A DNA stretch of 64,000 nt from Balanoglossus misakiensis (taxonomy: Eukaryota > Animalia > Hemichordata), in contig CM082576.2 of the NCBI GenBank assembly GCA_040954595.2, forward strand, positions 18,337,028 to 18,401,027. The letters are read 5' to 3'. Position numbers and translations under genes: made by a program. Each line of letters opens with the position of its first letter. The first letter of the stretch is position 1. Below the pieces are notes generated by a model that saw only the letters and a list, made by a program, of their open reading frames with translations, had not been told where the DNA came from and made no database searches. Shown in pieces: positions 49,465 to 60,495 of the stretch.

Positions 49465-51252
49465 ATGGCAGTGGAAGAGCAGCCAACATCTGATGAGAGC
49501 AACATTGCTGATTTCTTGCAAATGTGTGACCTGCACAATTACACGCAATATTTTTTAGACGCCGGTGTTCAAAAAGCAAAGCATCTAGTTGATGTTGATG
49601 ACGACGACCTTAAAGATATTGGTAAGTGTGGAATCTCATCTCATCTCAGCTCTGTCTGCGGCTGCGGAGTCAGTCGCTGCCTGTAATCAGACAGGCAGTG
49701 TGTGTGTTTTCATGCATCGCCCTGCAACTTTGACCGGAACTTTAATTTTGACACCTACCGTAACGTCTACGATAGCTTTTAGCGTTTAAAACTCAGATGA
49801 AATTGTAGCTGGGGTTTAATATAAACAATATTTCTACCCAGTTTGAAAAATGTTATATACCTCTTAGATCTAGAATATCTGCCGATTAAAAAAATGCATC
49901 TATTCTTAGTTGTACATTATTTTTTATGGAAAAAAGTGCTCTGAATCACAGGTGCAATAGCTAGTGGCAATGTGTAGAGATGACCATTTCTTTCAAATTT
50001 ATATCCCTGAAAATTGCATCAACAGATATTAGAAATAAATGCAGGCTGCTTTTATACTTTTATACTCGTTTGATAGACAACAATTAAGAATTAAATTTGG
50101 CTTTTCTGTAATAATGCATAAATCAAATATCATATATCATGTATTGGGATATTGACTGATGTTTTGCCTTGTGCATAAAATACCCATGTAAACTTGTATG
50201 TAGTCATTTAGCCTTTTATCCGTATTTTTATTGATTTCAGGACTGTCTATTGAAATAAAGCGACTCAATAGGTTCAAAAGGAGCATTCTGAAACACCCAA
50301 TTCCCAGCAAGGAGTCATTTCTCCAACCCAGCCAATCCAAGTCAGGTGCAGGTGAGAGCAGCAAGCAGAAACCGTGGATGCAACCTAAATATGGTTATAT
50401 TCCTAATGGTAAAACAAAGCGGGCAGTCTTCATGAACCGGGTCTTACCAGACTTTTACTCAGCAAATTTTAAGTGGAGCAAAAACACAAGAGACTTCTGC
50501 AAGAAGTTTCATGAAGAGGGACGGCGTCAATACGAGTTGGAAATGAAATTTGAGCGCTTCCAAAATGATGTGGAGAAAGTGACAAGCACTAACAACCCAG
50601 CAGCTTTTGGTGTCGTTCTTGCTTCTGAGATTTTAAAACCTCATCACAGCAGAATTATAGAACAGAATGAACATAAAGTTGGAGAAATCAAAATATCTCT
50701 TCAACAAGAGAAAGATAAACTTCTTTCTGATACCCAGCAATGCTATACAAAAAATGGAAAAATAAAATCTGGCCACGAGTGTGCCGTCCATTTCAACACC
50801 AAATGTTTAACTTTAATTGAAGAGTTGAATAAGCAAATTGAAGAGTTAGAAATAAAGTTGAAGGACAGGAAGCAGAAAGTACATGAAATGTTTTCTTTTC
50901 ATTACATGAAGCACACAAGTATTAAACGTAAATGAAACCAAATAGGAGGCTAGCTAAGAAACGTAGAGAAAACAGAGATAATGCTGGCAAAAGAAGAGTA
51001 GCTAGTATTATTGCCCCATCATGTGACATACATAATTCTGTCATCACAGATGACAAAATTCATTTTGAAGGTGTCGGAAGACTATATCTAAGAGATGTGA
51101 AATACATAAAATTACTGAAAAGAGAAAGCAAAATCACAAATGGTGCATTTGATTTAATCGCAGATTGCTTGTCCCACAAAGACTGGGCCATAAACTTTCA
51201 CAGTGACAATGACTACAACAGCTGTGATGCTGATGATGATAATGATGACAAC

Positions 51253-51284
<32 letters not shown>

Positions 51285-51345
51285 GGGGAGGGTGGATGAG
51301 GAAAAGGAAGAGGAGGGGAGTGGTGACCATCAAGGGGATGGGTAG
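49465..51345 (+). CDS. Zator accessory gene: N-terminal SAM-like domain, coiled coil, basic stretch and poly-Asp/Glu tail (2 exons; 1-nt frameshift near 50931)
   Basis: Exon 49465-49621 (GTAAG donor) joins TTTCAG|50241 in phase, giving IADFLQMCDLHNYTQYFLDAGVQKAKHLVDVDDDDLKDIGLSIEIKRLNRFKRSI. Confidence 0.7.
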
Positions 51346-52241
51346 AATGCATTGTTTTACAGTAGTAGCAGTAACAGTACTTTAATAGCGGTGACAGCAT
51401 ACTAGTATAAATAAACCGAAGTGTCTTATTATTGGCTAGGTGGCAGCGTCCGAGTCCATTTTTATTTGGCAGAGATTATTGAGGCATTCTGCATGTTGTC
51501 ACATTGTAAGAGCAAGATGGGGACACCCCAGCGCAGTCGTCACAATGACAATATGCAGAAAGCATCAATAATCTCTGCCACATACAAATGGACTCGGACG
51601 TCACCTTTTCATAAAAAACTGTATATTTATGTATTAAGTTATTTTTGCGAAAAGTACATTTCTTACATAAGTTCTTTTATGATTGTGTTTGTTCTGATTA
51701 AAGATTTGTATTCATATATTCATATTTAAGATCACATACTGGTACATGTGTATGTTTTGTGAGTTGTGTGGTGTATTTTGTAGTACAAGGGATGTCAATA
51801 TATCCATACATGAGTGCCTATGAGCGCAAGTCTCTTTTCAGTATTTCTCTGTAACACTTCAAATTTTGAAACATTTTCGGTGTCATCCTTGCACAAAAAT
51901 TAGTGACCCTCCCCTTGACAAGTGCCCAAAATGTAGCGGCCCTCCCCCAAACCGTTGCATGAGAAATGGTGACCCCCCCCCCAATCGCACCGGCCTTCCC
52001 CCTGTTAATTCTGACCAGGCCCTTAACGGCGAAATACTGAACTTACAAACATAACAGTCCTAGCTTTAATATGAAATATAGTGTGAACACTTGAACAGGC
52101 AACCCCTAAATATGAAACTCAGTTCACTCAACATTTAACACTCAGAGTCACTGTCCGAATCTATAACATAAATCCGTTTTCTTATTGGCTTATATTGCGA
52201 TGCGTTGTCGCCCATGTTTGATCTCAGTGGCTGGTTGATAT

Positions 52242-53930
52242 TTATACTGAAGTGAATGTACCGCCCGTTATCGTTTTACCAGGGCCAAACAGTGAACTTG
52301 AATGAACATTACGGGTGTCATCTGATGACTGTGCAGTTGTTGTGTCCGTTTGCGGGTTAGGCCTAGTTGACGATGGGGCCGATTTCATGTTGCTCATGAT
52401 GGAGGACATTTTTAGCTGTTGTTTCTGTGACACTGTGGCGTAGTGAGTGATGCTGTTGACGTTCTTGTGTGCTGTCCGTTGCATGATATGAGTCGAGGGT
52501 ACATCCACGTTGTTCAGTTCTGTAACTAGGGTCGTCCGAGCTGAATGGTTCGTTTTCTTACTGCTAAGATTCGCCGCTTGTGCCATAATTTTCATCAGGC
52601 CTCTGAGGGAGTTGATGCCCAGTCGCTGATTCTTGTACCAGTTGTTCTCGTCAGATGCATTGTATTTGTGATTTACGGCGAGGTAAACTGGACTAACGGC
52701 AGCCATCATTGACGTTGGACCCATTTCGGTAAACTTCTTAAAAGCTGCAACCGGACACAGTTCTGGGTTTGATTTATTTTCGTACATTCTGGGCTTTATT
52801 TTTCTCGTGTTTCGTGGGTTTTCTCCTTGTCTTGTTATTGTCTGTCTCTCGATGTTGTATTCGATATATTTCACGATATCGCCATCGATGACTTCGGTGC
52901 CCTCGACAATATCACCCAGTTCCATGGTGTAGGCCGAACTGGGTTGTTAGAAACCACCACACGGTATTCTGAAGTGCTGCTGGGCGATGCATACCAAGCT
53001 GTCCAGTATTGTAAAGTGCATCGACGTCGTCGGCAGTTAGTGGCTCGGTTTTATTGGGTGCGTTGCCCTAGCCCATAGCTTTTAGGTTCTTCTTTTAGCA
53101 GCGAAGACTCGTCTAGCGCCCTCGAAAAGAGCATCCGTTTTAATATTCCACTGATATTTATTTTCACGTAATAGTCGGTCGATTGAATTCAGGAAACTGT
53201 GCATTGTCGCTGGCTCATATTCAGTAGCCCGGAGACCAGGGCGTCGATCTAAAATACAACGCCCGGGGACAGTCGAGCAATGTCATGCTGAGCTGAAAGA
53301 TAGTAGCCCCGGCTACGATCAGGGTCGCTTAGTAACGAATGGATAACGAGTGATCTATCAAATGTTGACGGGCGCCAGTGGTTGGATGATATAATTAACA
53401 AAGCTTGGTTATGAATATTCATACTCCTTCAAAACCACTCCCACATCCCATCGCGGGAATTTCACGCCTCTATTTTCTTATTTAGAATGCGATGATGTCA
53501 TTTGGTTTACATTGAGTGACCAATTAGCTTACATGCAAGATTTACCGCCCGTGTCGTTCTGCGCACAAAATTCTGTGCGTAAATAGAGACTGTCACCGGG
53601 CGTTTCTTTTCGACGCCCTGGTCTCCGGGCTACATATTCAGTTCAATCTCGTTTTCTGGTATTTGCTCAGTAGTTGGTCCAGTTCGTGTGGTGGGATAAG
53701 ATGGACTTCACGATACTCTGACTGGGTCAAATTAAGCCAAGTTTGAAGCTGGTTCATGTCAGTTCGGTGTTTCTGATTATGTTCTTTGGGATTTGGTGCC
53801 TAACGAAATCAACCATTTCTTCATTTGAAACTTGACAATTTCCGTACCTGTCGTTGATGTCATTGTTGTTGTTACTGCTGCCGTTCGCGTGACTTGGTGT
53901 TATTGGCGGCACCGGTGTTGTTGTCGTTTC
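52242..53930 (-). pseudogene. Crypton (DUF3504-type) tyrosine recombinase, decayed
   Basis: Motifs YEPATM..SIDRLL, GQLG..PAALQNTVWW, LCPV, WYKNQRLGIN, TNHSAR and AHKNVNSITHY. The first catalytic Arg region after FGL is deleted; stops, frameshifts and a MITE insertion are present. Confidence 0.85.
53225..53632. mobile_element. MITE (408 bp) with 9-bp TSD (AcademH-like by TAG terminus and TSD length)
   Basis: TIR TAGCCCGGAGACCAGGGCGTCGA; TSD CATATTCAG at 53216-53224 and 53633-53641. Confidence 0.88.
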
Positions 53931-54607
53931 GTTTTGACCTTGAGGATTTGGACCATTTGCGTCTTGTTGATAAACGTCCCGCCACATACAGGATTTGTTG
54001 CCGTGCTGTTTCATTATCTGAGTAGTAAAACACATTGTTGTCGAGAAGATCGGAGACGAGCTGTTCAAAACGGACAACTAAACTGCAAAATTCACGCGTC
54101 ACTACGCATACGCGAACGCCACTGCCTGCCATCAGACGTACGCGTATTTACGTGTAACTAAACCTCTCTATGGAAAAGAATTTGGCTTTACGTCAACGTC
54201 TGTTTGTGTGGAACGCGCACTCTGTATTCGAATTTTGAGCGTGTACATCATTATTCCGCGTCGCTGCACTGCAACTAGGGATTCACTTGCCGGGCGACAT
54301 TACAAATTGATGACCAAATTTCACATAAAATGACTAAAAAGAAATAAATGCGTTTTCGTTTGTCATTATGAGATTTCAAGCTAACAAGGCATACACATAT
54401 TTCGTAGATAATATGAATTTTTGTTGCCCAAAATGAGAATAACTTTTCACGTTCGCAACTAACGTGAAAACATCTATCTCCATGTAAAAACGCGAAGTCT
54501 TTTATGTGAACGTCAAACTTTACACAAAACTTGATGATGTCATAACAGAAATTCGTGACGTTGCGCGTTCACGTTCGCGTATAACGTGTAGACGCACCTC
54601 TCTATTA

Positions 54608-56674
54608 GGCTGCGCAAATTCAAAACTTTGTTTGACGTCACCCCAAGACCCCAAAACCTATGAGGGGTGGGGGGGGGGAGGTGGTCAACAAAACAAACTA
54701 ATTATATATTCCAAAATATGCAAATGAGATATTATGAGAAATTGAAAGCAAATATCCATTGAAGAAAACCCTTGTCCTTAAACTTTAAACATATTTTACA
54801 TCTAAATTATTCCACAGACGTTTACAGTGTCACGTTCTAAGATACTGAGTAAACAGTAAATTCAATATTAATGCACATACGCATATATCAGTTGAACAAT
54901 TTTATTGAAAAAAGTTTCAGCCAAACATTTTGACAGTCACAATTTCCATTTGATGAAGTCCATCAGTTCTGTACAACTTGCTCATGAAAACAGTCAAAAC
55001 ACAACATTTTCTGGCGAAGTGGAACTGTTGAAAATTTAACAGTTGAAAATTTAACAAATTTAACTCTAATTCTGGCTCACAACACACGTTCCATAGAGAG
55101 GATGACTTGGTTTTACTAGTACCCCGCCACAGGTATAAAGACCATCATCTAGGAATACCTGAAGTTGCTGTTTTTTTTGCTGTGAATCAAGCCTCTTTGC
55201 AGATAAATACACCTATCAAAGAGAAATAAAAAACAGAGAAGTCTTAGTTGTATTAATTTTTTAATATACATGTACATATACATAGAAAACACATAACAAG
55301 ACACTGTTAATGTCTCAGTGTACGAGGTTCAGTCCCTTTCTCTTCACTTTTTCACAATACACATTATTTACTACATTGTATGGCTTGCAGTGTGGTACAT
55401 TGACAAATGAGAAAGGAATATCCAATTTACAATGGATATTAAAATGTCCAATATAGTACTGTATACAATGCTTTACCATACCCGGGCTTTTTGCAATCTA
55501 TGCAGGGCACCAGTCCACAGCTCCAACTTTTCACCACTCAGCCTGAAGTTGATGTTTTCTGCATCAAGTACCAGTCCCTTTCTGCTGGGGCAATTAATTC
55601 CACGTGTTGGTCTGCCTTGGACTTCTGTAAACCTTTCAAAGTGGTCCCCACTTTCATCCGGAACAGGATCTTTTGCAAAGAAAAAAGTATAAATTAAATG
55701 GATGTTTACATGACTTTACAGGTACTACAGCATAAACTGTACTTACTTAGGCCAACACTACAGAAGGCAAAGCTGTAGAGTTATAACAGAATAGTGCCAA
55801 GTTCTGTGCTACTAAATGATACAAAAATCAGAGTTTGTAATTCTACTCAAACAAAATTTATTTTAGCAAATTTGTTTTCAGTCTATATGTGAAATGCAAC
55901 AAATTGGCTCAGACAACTTGTTCTGGGCTGCAGTATGGTCATACACAACATTTATTCACTGACATACAACAAAATTGTAAATAAAATAATGTTTTACTAA
56001 CCTTGGATCACATGGACAGCCTTGAAATCACCTTTCATTCTGACCATGGAGGTACCTCCATAATTCTGACTGGTCTATTAACATCTTTCTGAGTTTGCAC
56101 TACGTCAGCGTTGGTATTTTCGTCTCCTTTTGATTTTACATCAAAAAGAATGTAATACTTGTGGAACCGATCACACGTTTTTGCGATAGACAATCGTGGA
56201 CACACCTCTATCTTCTCACCTTCACCACATTTTTCCGACTGTAACAGGTAACAAGACGTTCTGCCATCTTTTGCAATTTTTGTTTTGAACCGATCGTGTT
56301 TAGTCTGACTAAGGAGAACTAGCCCTTTGTACAGCGCAGCGAAGCTGTCATTTGGACTGACTTCGAAGGCATACCAATCTATTGCCACCTTCTTGTTCTG
56401 TGTAACTCTGCAACTTATAATTTCGCGTACTCTCGTTTTATGAACATCTTTTACCATCTTTCTCCAATTTTACCCACAGGCGACTTTGAAACCTACAGAC
56501 GACACGTTCTCGTCATGCAACAACCACGGTTGATAGGAGGACACAGTGAGACGAACAGACATATGACATCAATGACCCCGTTTGACCTCATTTGCATATT
56601 TGTTTGTATTTGCGAAATTTCTCGTAAACCTAGGCGCGCGCTGACGTCAAACATAATTTTGAATTTGCCCAGCC
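54608..56674 (-). mobile_element. Internally deleted TWA-TSD element (Zator-like) retaining N- and C-terminal transposase exons but no DDE core
   Basis: Imperfect 33-bp TIR GGCTG(C/G)GCAAATTCAAAA..TGTTTGACGTCA; TTA TSD at 54605-54607 and 56675-56677. Minus-strand exons 56457-56002, ~55669-55480 (DPVPDESGDHF..CIDCKKP) and ~55212-55065 (LYTCGG). Confidence 0.75.
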
Positions 56675-57011
56675 TTATCATACATGCAACGCCTGTATTT
56701 GGCACCTTCTACACACGCGATTGTGCAGTACCTTGGGCAAAGCTTGGAACAATGTTGCAAAAAGCTTTGTGCTGAAGCTTGCTACAAGAGTTTGCGTGCC
56801 GACCTTTGCTGAAGGGGTCGTGTCGTGTGCCAACCTTCGCTGAAGCTTCTTATTACTAGCCTTAATTGAACCTAAGCTGTACTGACCTTTGAGAAACCTT
56901 ATAATTCCAATCTTTGGCCAAGCGTCTTCAAAGCTTGGTGAAAAAAATTCAACAATGCTTTACTAAACAAACCTTTAAACAAGCTTAATTTTTTAAGCTT
57001 TGTTGAAGATG

Positions 57012-57161
57012 TTTATTTTATTTTCATCCAAATCAAGTCACAACAAACTCTCCTTGTAACTTTTATAATATAGAGATTAAATGAAATTGTAGTGATACAC
57101 ATGAGTATAAAAGTTACAAGGACAGTTTGTTGTGACTTGATTTGGATGAAAATAAAATAAA
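57012..57161. repeat. 150-bp palindrome (~55-bp arms), MITE-like, no clear TSD
   Basis: TTTATTTTATTTTCATCCAAATCAAGTCACAACAAACT and its reverse complement ending at 57161. Confidence 0.8.
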
Positions 57162-57639
57162 GGTAATCATGTTCAAATAATACACTACAGATTAAGTAGT
57201 TTTTTGTCCAGTTGTCAGTAACAATTTTTTTCTATTCAGAATTAATTAAAATTGTTTTACTGGTCTTACTTACATGAGCGAATAATAATTTAATGTTTTA
57301 AAACTGTTGCATTTATTTCAGGAGTGTGAACATGAAAAAAAATCAAAAGAAGACTGGCGAAGAGAAAGACAGAAGCAAGGTAATTGAAATGGTCTACAAT
57401 CAATGCAAAGAAAATGCTGTCAGTTTGGGCCTTGAAATGATCAAAATGGCATTTCTGAATAACATGTGTATTTTATTTTATTTTCAGGACAAAGAGAAAA
57501 TAAAAGAGTTGGAGGAAGAAATTGAGAGACTGAAAAGGGAAATCGGGGGGAGGTTAATACAAGGGAAGAGAGGGTGGAAGCTGTAAGGGAAATTGGGAAA
57601 TTAAAAAATTTAGAAATTTACAGGCATGCAGATCTCCTC

Positions 57640-58814
57640 TGCCAAAACCAAGACAGGTAGTCTGTTCAAAATTTATCAGACATAGATTTACCTAATCTAT
57701 TGTCATAATGGAATCTTGTCTTGGTTTCCTTCTTGAGGAGATTTGTATGCCAAATACTGGAATCCAAAATAACACTCAATATCTTGCCCATGCCGTTGAA
57801 CTTCTTTATACTGCCAGGAATCCTAAGTTTGTGAGTAGTTATTTCTGCAATTCAAGTTATTTTATTTAGTTTGACCAGAAGTCGCCTGGCAGTTGATCTC
57901 ATGGGCCACGTAACAGCAGGCCCATGTTATGATGTCATTAACAATATTCTTTTCAAAGGTAATTTTGATTTTCCAGATGCACCTGAGGGGTGAGTTGAAT
58001 TTTCTTTTGATAATGAACAACATCTTTCTAAAAATTGCATTAACAGAAATGGTAATTCAGTTACTTTGGATATTTTACTAACATTATTGCTTCTCAGCTG
58101 GACCCAGAATCATCACTGCAATATGATTCTGGGTTGAAGCCAAGTCAGTGGCAGAAGGTTTCAGAGACAGATGTTTCCAATACAGAGGGCAGCAAGTATG
58201 ATGAGTTTGATTCAGTTGTCAAAGAGTCCATTGCTTCTTATGTTGATGATTTAATTTTATCTTCTGTAGCCACTATCAATGTAGAAAATGCACCACAGAC
58301 TGACTCTATTGACACATACTTACAACAAAAACAACAGACTGACAGCGTCGAGATTTGCCCCAAGTGTGGTTTCACCCACACGAAGGGCAAATCGAGAATT
58401 GCTAAGTGTCGAGGTTGTGGCAATCGAAGGGAACCATTTTGCATGAGTGTGTTGGTGAAGTAAAGGTTGCTCACATGGGAAAGTAAACTTCCAGAATTGT
58501 TAAAAAGCCCCCAAAACAAGCAAATAAAGCAAATATTTATGTTATGTCTCCTATTTTTGTAAATCCTAATTGTTTCAAATCAGTGAAAGAAATTCTTAAT
58601 CACATTGGTAAACTTGCAAAAATCAAACAATATTTTAATCATGACGAGGGCAGTGGAGATTATTGTACATATATGGAATGGGTTATAATCAGGTGTGATG
58701 GCTTGCCATATGTAATTATTCGGAAAATTTTATCAGAAGATCATGAGGGAATATTTTCATGGGTTGTTTTAAGGACGGGCCTTTTACATGAAGAAATCAA
58801 TGCAGTCAAATCAT
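57640..58814 (+). pseudogene. Heavily decayed transposase fragment, probably Academ-related
   Basis: Frames give FSFDNEQ, CPKCG..CRGCG, PIFVNPN, WVIIRCDGLPY and GLLHEEIN; many stops; cut near 58814. Confidence 0.5.
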
Positions 58815-60345
58815 ACACGGGTTTCATAAGTCTAGCGCCCTCTTGTGGCTATCATGAATTTGACCTCAAAGCGAGGCCACTGGGTGTACGCCCCTGATGA
58901 GTTGATGACAGCTCGTAAACACAGGCTCAGCGGTTTGTTGACGGAAGTGGCGACGCCGATAAAACTTTTCAAGGTAAGAATTTCTCGAATTCGCAGCTGT
59001 ATTTTTGTTTTCAGTCATATTTTAAGCACCTTCTTGTTTAGCTTCTGAGATATTATAGCAAAAAAAGTGTGAATTTCTTTCAATTTTTGCGATCTCAAAA
59101 TTTTTTTTTGGAGCGACCGAAAAAGAGCACGCGATACGGTTACTTGGGTTTTAGTGTAACTGTTACTTCGATCGACTCAGCGGAAAAAAAAATAAAAGTC
59201 GATATACAGTAAATAAAACTATAATTTGTGGTACTATTTAGTCTCAAGGTGGCATTATGCCATAATGTGATATTGTGGTGTGCATTTTCAGTACTGAATA
59301 AAAGTTTCGAAGGGACTGTGAATATAAAACTGTCAGATTGTACACTAGTACTAAAAAGGTGACCGTGATCTCTATGATAATTTTTGATAACTGCTCATGT
59401 TCAATGGAATGAATGTTTTTTTTTTTCAGTCATGGTTCATAACTGTTGTGTACCGTTCTGTACAAGACCTGGGTACAGAGGAGAGAATGGGGAGAAAATT
59501 TCCTTTTTTTCTTTTCCAAACGATAAAATGCGAAGAAAACAATGGATAACAAAAATCAAGAGGGATGAAGGAAAATTTTTCAAAATAACACATCACACAA
59601 AGGTTTGCTCAAGGCATTTCACAGATGAGGACATATCAAGAACCCTTGCCAATAAATATTTTCTCAAACCGAATGCTGTACCATCACAGTTCAAATGGAC
59701 ATCCACAAAACAAGCACGAAAGTTACCAACACCAAGAACAGCACCACAGAAAAATACTTTGATGGAGGTAAATGAAAATCACAGCATGCATCCAAGTGGT
59801 AAATTGTCTACTGTAAGTGATTCCGCCACAGGAGACCTTCACGAGAGATGTCAGCTGGGAAGCACTGAAGTACTTCATCAACAGACACTTGGGTGTCATG
59901 AAGTTGACCAATCACATCTGGGCATCTCATCTGGAAATCATAGGAATGAACAGCAACTCCTTGAAAAAATTGAAAGACTTACTTTTGAAAACCAGAGACT
60001 TATTAACAAAATTGCTGATGTAGAGTTTTCAAATGCAAAAACCATTGAAATGCTTAAAGAAAAAGTAAAACTATTGAGGGAGGATTTAATTAAAAAGGAT
60101 TTAGAAATAAAGAATTTGAAAAGTAATCAATTCAACTTTGAAAATATGAAAGAGAGTGATGAGGTAATTTCATTTTATACAGGATTTCCAAATTTTCTGG
60201 TGTTAATGGATGTCTTTGAATTTATTGACCCTGGTAAAGTGGGAGAAAATATTAACTACTGGAATTCAACAAATAAATTACATGATACTGATAAAAGCCA
60301 AGCAGACAAGAAAATGGGTCGCCCTCGGACCCTACGGCCAATTCT
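58815..60345 (+). mobile_element. 5' fragment of a second ISL2EU-type element (THAP transposase N-terminal half, 59432-~60343)
   Basis: MVHNCCVPFC..FFSFP..W..VCSRHF..AVP THAP, coiled coil, FYTGFPNF and GRPRTL, then an abrupt break. It starts after an AT at 58813-58814 where the upstream transposase homology ends. Confidence 0.75.
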
Positions 60346-60495
60346 CGCTGCCTTAAATAGGTTTTCACTTGTTGCTAGGGGGTCAAATTCACGGGAAGTT
60401 GAAATGCATCATGGGAGATTGGTCGACACTTTTTGGGCGGCCATCTTGAATTTTAGTGTTTTGTATGCTGTTGTTTCGACTGTCGTCTGACAGAG

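Larger units (their letters stand above)
42823..52022. mobile_element. Zator-like DNA transposon, 9.2 kb, with two divergent genes
   Basis: TIR GGGCCTGGTCAGAATTAACAGGGGG; 3-bp TTA TSD at 42820-42822 and 52023-52025; subterminal GACCCTCC repeats at both ends; transposase motifs of Zator/TP36 type. Confidence 0.85.
42020..54200 (-). mobile_element. Decayed Crypton-type (tyrosine recombinase) element with uncertain boundaries; host of the Zator-like element and a MITE
   Basis: Terminal-type hairpin TTAGGGGTTAT..GTGATGTCCGTATTTTG..CAAAATACGGACATCAC..ATAACCCCT at 42024-42142; recombinase gene at 52242-53930. Linking the two is inferred. Confidence 0.5.

Noticed and set aside
51134-51400. Poly-His and poly-Met ORFs
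   Set aside because: Alternative frames of the (GAT)n tract encoding the acidic tail of the SAM-domain gene.
52242-52925. Host ZMYM/KCTD1/QRICH1-like gene
   Set aside because: It retains HxxR, H and Y recombinase residues, is intronless, decayed and TE-interrupted; better explained as a Crypton.
56730-57010. Cluster of AAGCTT-containing short repeats
   Set aside because: Probably a subterminal fragment of another DNA element, but no termini or TSD could be defined.
60343-60490. C-terminal part of the 368-aa ORF 59384-60490
   Set aside because: Chance read-through from the truncated THAP gene into the terminus of the next element.
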